Assembly: GCA_964019335.1 (NCBI GenBank)
Contig: OZ025657.1
Coordinates: forward strand, 372,001 to 436,000
Direction: 5' to 3'
From: Diplonema japonicum
Taxonomy: Eukaryota > Protista > Euglenozoa: Diplonemea
DNA length: 64,000 bases
A model generated the notes under the pieces. The model had not been told where the DNA came from, did no database searches, and saw only the letters and a list, made by a program, of their open reading frames with translations. Position numbers and translations under genes: made by a program. Below, piece by piece: positions 59,063-64,000 of this stretch (positions within the stretch are counted from its first letter, which is position 1; each line of letters opens with the position of its first letter).

Positions 59063-60455
59063 TTTAAAAAGGAAACAAACCTGTAGTGGCAAAGGGTGGA
59101 CAGATGAGTACCAAGGACACGGGGATGGGGAAAGAAATAAAAAATGAAGGAGGAAAGAAAAAAAAAAAAGAAACTATATTTACCATGGCTGACGGGGGGA
59201 AGGGGTAGTGTTTGAGCAAACGACCAAAAGCAACAAAAAAAAAAAAAAAAAAAAAAACGAATAGTAGAAATTTACTCAAGGTACCAAGAGATTCCTCTCC
59301 GAGACCTGTGAGAGGAAAGAAAAAAAAGAAATTAAAACAAAGGTTGTTGTAAAGACTGCTTGAGAAACGAATGGACACTGATTGCTGTGTGCCTTATATG
59401 CCCCCCCCATACCGGTGGGTGATCGTTCAAACAAAAAGAGATTCACGAAGTTAATTGCAACGGCCTATCAGGGGAAAAAAAGAAAAAAAAGAAAAAGAGC
59501 GCGAGGTAGGTGCTTGCCTAGGGTAAAGGCAGCACCATTGCGCGTGCCGTGGTTAAGTAGTTACAACTCAAAAAAAGAAAAAAAAAACATTAAGAAAAAA
59601 AATAAAAATAAACTAAACAGAGGGGAGGTCTGATATGGACCGAGGCAAAATACAGTTTACTTTTGGTGTTGTGGGGTAGCCCAGACAGTTGGGGGAGGGT
59701 AGGCTGTCAACAACCAAATAGCCTTTTCTTCCCAAAAGAAAGGAAAGCGCACCCAAGATGAGGCATATGAAAACGGAGCGGGGGAAAAAAAAAAAAAAAA
59801 ACTAGTTTGGCGCTCCATTTGTTTGTGCGCACGAGCGGAATTTTACCTAATAAAATAGCTCATTACGCTGCCATCAACTAGTTTTTAGTCTCGACAATAA
59901 TATTGTTAAAACAAAAAAGACTGAAAGTAAGTAAGTATTCACTTACGGTAACAAAAAAAAAAAAAAAAATCCACTACTACAAAAGAAAAAAAAAAAAAAA
60001 AAAAAAGAGCTCATTCTGGAATAGGATTCGAGAGTGTGTTGCGACCGTTTGAGAAATTTTATAAAATAGAGTTTACAATATCGCTGCACCCCTTTATTTT
60101 CCTAGGCACGGAGGCTCACTCTTGGACAAGGGGGGGGGGGGGGGGGGGGCAAAAGCAATCAAGTCTTTTCCATCATTTGGAAAATTAAATTTTTGCTTCC
60201 CCTTTCCCTTTCCCGCCCAGTATTTACGCTTACTTCACTACACAATAAGACGGCTTTTCTTTTTTTTTTCTCCCCCCCCACACAAAAAAATAGTATTTTG
60301 CTTTCCAATAAATAACTTACATAGGCTCTCAATTTTACTCCACCAGAAAATACTATTTCTTTTTTGACACAATGCCGGGGATTGGACACAGCTGTGAGGA
60401 AAGGCTGGCACAGCAAAAAAATTGTTGCAATTGTGACTACATTTTAAATTTGGCC

Positions 60456-60487
<32 letters not shown>

Positions 60488-60524
60488 CCACCTTATCTAC
60501 GCTCAATGAACGTTCTGTCACTCT

Positions 60525-60565
<41 letters not shown>

Positions 60566-60991
60566 CGAAGTATTCGGTCGGTCTTTGTGAATTCTTTATA
60601 TCACCAGCGTGTCAGATTCATTATTCACTGAACAAATAGTTTTCTTTTTTTTTTTTTTTTTTTACTTTACAGTAATGATTAATATCCGCGCGAAGGGCCA
60701 TGGGCTATCAGAGTGGTCTTGAAAAAACACCACGTAACAGACGGAGGGGGGGGAGAAAAAAACTAAAAGGTCGTAGTATTGAAAGGTGTTTAGAGTGGTG
60801 TGGAAGAGATAGTGGTGCGGAGGAGATAGCCCTGCTATGGTCCACACCTCCTTCTTTAAAGGAGGATGACGTTTCTGCCAAAAAAAAAAAAAAGTTTGGA
60901 GAAACATATGGTTGCTAAAAAAAAAGTCTTTTTTTTTTTCCCTGTTTCACAAAACAAATGTATACCTGTACAAAACCTATATTTGCCAGTT

Positions 60992-61023
<32 letters not shown>

Positions 61024-61032
61024 ACAGAAAGG

Positions 61033-61066
<34 letters not shown>

Positions 61067-61498
61067 AGAGAGCCACAGAGGAAAGGAAGAACTAGTGCAG
61101 AAAAGGAATTATTATTATTATTATTATTATAATTTTTTTTCCCCCCATGTCTTTTTAATAGCCAATATTTCTAGAGTCCTTGGTGAATCTTGGTGAAGTA
61201 ATCCTTCCAGGAGCTTTAGAAACCATCAACATTAACACGTGAAGGCAGCCTACACACTTCTTGCAACTAATCCCTTTTACCCTACCCCTTTTAGATTCTG
61301 TTTTACTTCAAAATAAACAAACGCCCTTTCATTTCTCATTATTCTTTTGCTTTTTTTTGTCAAGCTTTTTTTGTGCACAGCCGAAAAAGAAAAAAAAAAG
61401 AACATTAAAAAACTTTGCAGAGTTAACGCAGTGAGAAGACGATGTTAAAGGGCACCCCCGCTTGAGGGCCGTCCTTATAAAAAAAATAAAAAAATAAT

Positions 61499-61809
61499 AT
61501 ATGAGTTAAAGGAGGCCGGTGTTGGCGGCGCCCTGCACAAGAACTGTCTACTTGGATTTCAGGGGGCGCACCGCGGCCTAGTTGTAGCTTCTTCTGCGTT
61601 GTGTCCGCGTCGTGTCCTTAATACGTGCGGTGTACAGCTCAACCCCAGCCGGGTAACTAAGATTCGGCGCTTGTGCAGTTTGCTGCCTGTTCGTCACCCT
61701 GAGCATCTGCATTATGTTCTTCCACTCGGGCGGTGATGACCGACGAAGAGGTCAACAGCGAACAACACATCTGATGTTTTTTTTATATTTTCAAGTTATC
61801 CCCACCACC
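61499..61809. repeat. ~320-bp dispersed repeat, copy 3
   Basis: Same orientation as the others, with small indels. Lies ~500 bp past the 62311 stop. Confidence 0.9.
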
Positions 61810-62228
61810 TGAAATAAAAAAAAAATCTCAAAAAAAAAAAAAAGCGGATAAATTTCACATCGATTCTTAATAGATTTTGAGCCTGGGTCCTGAATATGTA
61901 AAATGAATCAGAGTCATACTCTACGGTTCGTTAAGAAAAAAAAAAAAGAAAAAAGAAAAAAAGAGAACCTTCAGTAATTCTCTATTTATTTTATCCACAT
62001 GGTTTTTTTTTGGGGGGGGGAGTGTTAGCTACACCCCGCACATTGAAGGAATAAGAAAAAGAAACACCAGCTGGGGGAGGTAGTGATTCATAAGTAATAT
62101 AATTCAAAGGGAAAAAAAAAAAAAAAATTGCAGGTTTGAGCCCATTAAAAAAAAACCTGAACGAAACTTAAGAAAATCAGAAACGTCCCCGTTGTCTCTA
62201 CTTATCTACCCCCTTCTGGGGCCTCGAC

Positions 62229-62269
<41 letters not shown>

Positions 62270-62310
62270 AGTAATTTGAAACAAAAAATAATAATAATAA
62301 TGTTTGCGTT

Positions 62311-64000
62311 CTACACATCGTGCGTGTCAGTTGTTGCCTGTTCTGGTTCTTCGGTTTCGTTGTGGTCCATGTACACAGCAGGTACCCTTCGCAGGAAGCA
62401 GTAGTAGACAAAAAAAGCAAGGACGAGGACAGCAGCAAGGGAACCGAGCACAATACCGACTACGGCGCCTGTTGAGAGGGACTCCCCTGAACTGCCTTCT
62501 GCAGGGGGATTGTCGTCTCTCACCGTCACCTCTTGTAGTACCCCACCCAAACGGTTCTCGATCAGCGTCTTGTGCGCCTGCAATGTATCCCGCACTGCAT
62601 TGTTGTTCATCTCAACAGGCACCTCAAGACTCGCTTCCACAGTAAAGGTCTCTGTCTCATTCTGCATTGGCATCGCAGCGCGTGTCGAAGCGGTGCTCCC
62701 ACATGGAAGGCAGCGCACGGTTTTCACGGAACACACCTCAACACAGTTCGCGGTGCCCCCCAGCATGACTTCCAACGCAAGCATGAGGTCCATACTTCCT
62801 TTTATCACTTTCTCTATGCCACGCGAAACGACATGTAGCATTACCTGCACCCCCCTCCTCGTTCCAGGAGGGGCCGCTGTTGCTGGCTCCCTCGTATCAG
62901 GTGCACTTGTGGGTTCTGCTGTAGGTTGGTTAGTTGGTTCTTCTGTGGGTTCTGCCGTCGGCTCCGCTGTATCAGGTGCGGGGGTAACAGGGCGGTCCTT
63001 GCAGAAGTGTGTTGCTGTGAAGTTCGCGTCCTTGTTCCCGAAATCCGACTTGAAGTGCAGATACAGATCCCCTGTGCTCGAGAACTCCGTCGTGGTGTTC
63101 CCTGTCACCGCCCCGATCCACGTCCCATCCCACCCGTACACGTTCACAAAGTCAAAGTTGGGGTCCATAAGAGGCACCAGAGACACACTTGACTCGTGGT
63201 TATCAGGGCATCCCAGTCTCCAGCAGACGCTCTTCATCGCGGAGACCCCATCCCCAGCAGGGTATCGCAGCTCGCTGGAGTAGCGTTCGAAAGCATGGTA
63301 GCAATTCCTGCTGGTTTTGTCCCAGGAGATAGGGTTGTTCGGTGGGTCCAGATTTATCTCCCTTATAGTTGAGTCATTAGAGCACGCCCACTGCAACTGA
63401 TACTCGCTGTTGTCGATCGTCTCGTCTTCCGAAACCTTCAACACTATTTGGTTCTCGTAAGTCGCAATAACTGACCCCGTCCCTGTAAACCTGTCGTGAA
63501 GTACCCCACCGCTCTCATGGTACACTTCTGCGTAGTCGTAACCATACTCGAAATCCATCGCCAAGGTTAAAGTTACCCTCCTTGTTCCTGGGCATGTCAG
63601 CAAGACGCATCTGTATAGATTTGGCCAGTTATACCTGCCCACTAGCCTGTTAGAATAACCGTATCCCTCCAAACAAAGTTCTTTTGGTATGATCTCTGGA
63701 GTGAAGTCGCACTTCCAGGAGAACGAGCCTGTTGCCCCCAGAGGGAGTGCTGTTTCCAGAGACACTGTGGCATCCCTCTGCACTGTCAGTATGGGGTTCT
63801 TGGGGCTGAGAGGGAAACTAGCGCCTGTGAGAGTGAATGGCGCCCCAGACACATGTGTCAGAGTCAGGGGGACATTGTAACCGCAAGACAGATCCCAACA
63901 TTGCACAGGGCTGTCCTCCACCACCTCCACAACCCCCGGTACGTTGCTTGTTAAGCAACCGCTTCTCCAGCTGACGTGTGCCCAGCCTTTCCCAGTTTTT
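62311..64000 (-). CDS. Type I membrane surface protein, paralog C, with two extra CUB-like domains (5' end beyond the window)
   Basis: The frame continues past 63930 (KTGKGWAHVSW matches KTGNGWADINW of A/B). CUB-like DFEYGYDYAEVY..RFTG and FDFVNVY..LYLHFKSD; TAEP stalk; TM GAVVGIVLGSLAAVLVLAFFVYYCFL. Confidence 0.87.
   Translation of the reverse strand, partial: KTGKGWAHVSWRSGCLTSNVPGVVEVVEDSPVQCWDLSCGYNVPLTLTHVSGAPFTLTGASFPLSPKNPILTVQRDATVSLETALPLGATGSFSWKCDFTPEIIPKELCLEGYGYSNRLVGRYNWPNLYRCVLLTCPGTRRVTLTLAMDFEYGYDYAEVYHESGGVLHDRFTGTGSVIATYENQIVLKVSEDETIDNSEYQLQWACSNDSTIREINLDPPNNPISWDKTSRNCYHAFERYSSELRYPAGDGVSAMKSVCWRLGCPDNHESSVSLVPLMDPNFDFVNVYGWDGTWIGAVTGNTTTEFSSTGDLYLHFKSDFGNKDANFTATHFCKDRPVTPAPDTAEPTAEPTEEPTNQPTAEPTSAPDTREPATAAPPGTRRGVQVMLHVVSRGIEKVIKGSMDLMLALEVMLGGTANCVEVCSVKTVRCLPCGSTASTRAAMPMQNETETFTVEASLEVPVEMNNNAVRDTLQAHKTLIENRLGGVLQEVTVRDDNPPAEGSSGESLSTGAVVGIVLGSLAAVLVLAFFVYYCFLRRVPAVYMDHNETEEPEQATTDTHDV

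Larger units (their letters stand above)
56421..59067. repeat. Tandem segmental duplication, unit 2
   Basis: Paralogous to 53440-55935 with a few indels. Confidence 0.9.

Overview
Eukaryotic genomic DNA. All ~19 credible protein genes lie head-to-tail on the minus strand, separated by homopolymer-rich spacers with poly-pyrimidine+AG motifs, and a few genes carry very short GT-AG introns. This suggests a polycistronic, trans-splicing euglenozoan, most likely a diplonemid (inference, not verified). The genes are: a long coiled-coil protein, two helical-repeat (FASTK/RAP-like) proteins, HRD1 E3 ligase, a METTL21-like methyltransferase, a tandem-PARP protein studded with RNA-binding domains, a 4.1-kaa single-chain fungal-type fatty acid synthase with two ACPs, an anoctamin, an MKP1-like phosphatase, a switch-degenerate kinesin-14, a B-box protein, EXO84, proteasome RPT5 and three related type-I surface proteins. 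Mobile DNA includes a decayed piggyBac with ATAA TSD, a 1.15-kb Sola-like TIR element, a possible LINE remnant, and a ~320-bp hairpin-bearing repeat found downstream of stop codons. The most novel candidates are the ZnF/PDZ/CSD/RRM double-ART protein, the 3'-clustered purine-rich mini-introns, the SIDER-like 3'UTR repeat and the locally hypervariable surface-protein paralogs.
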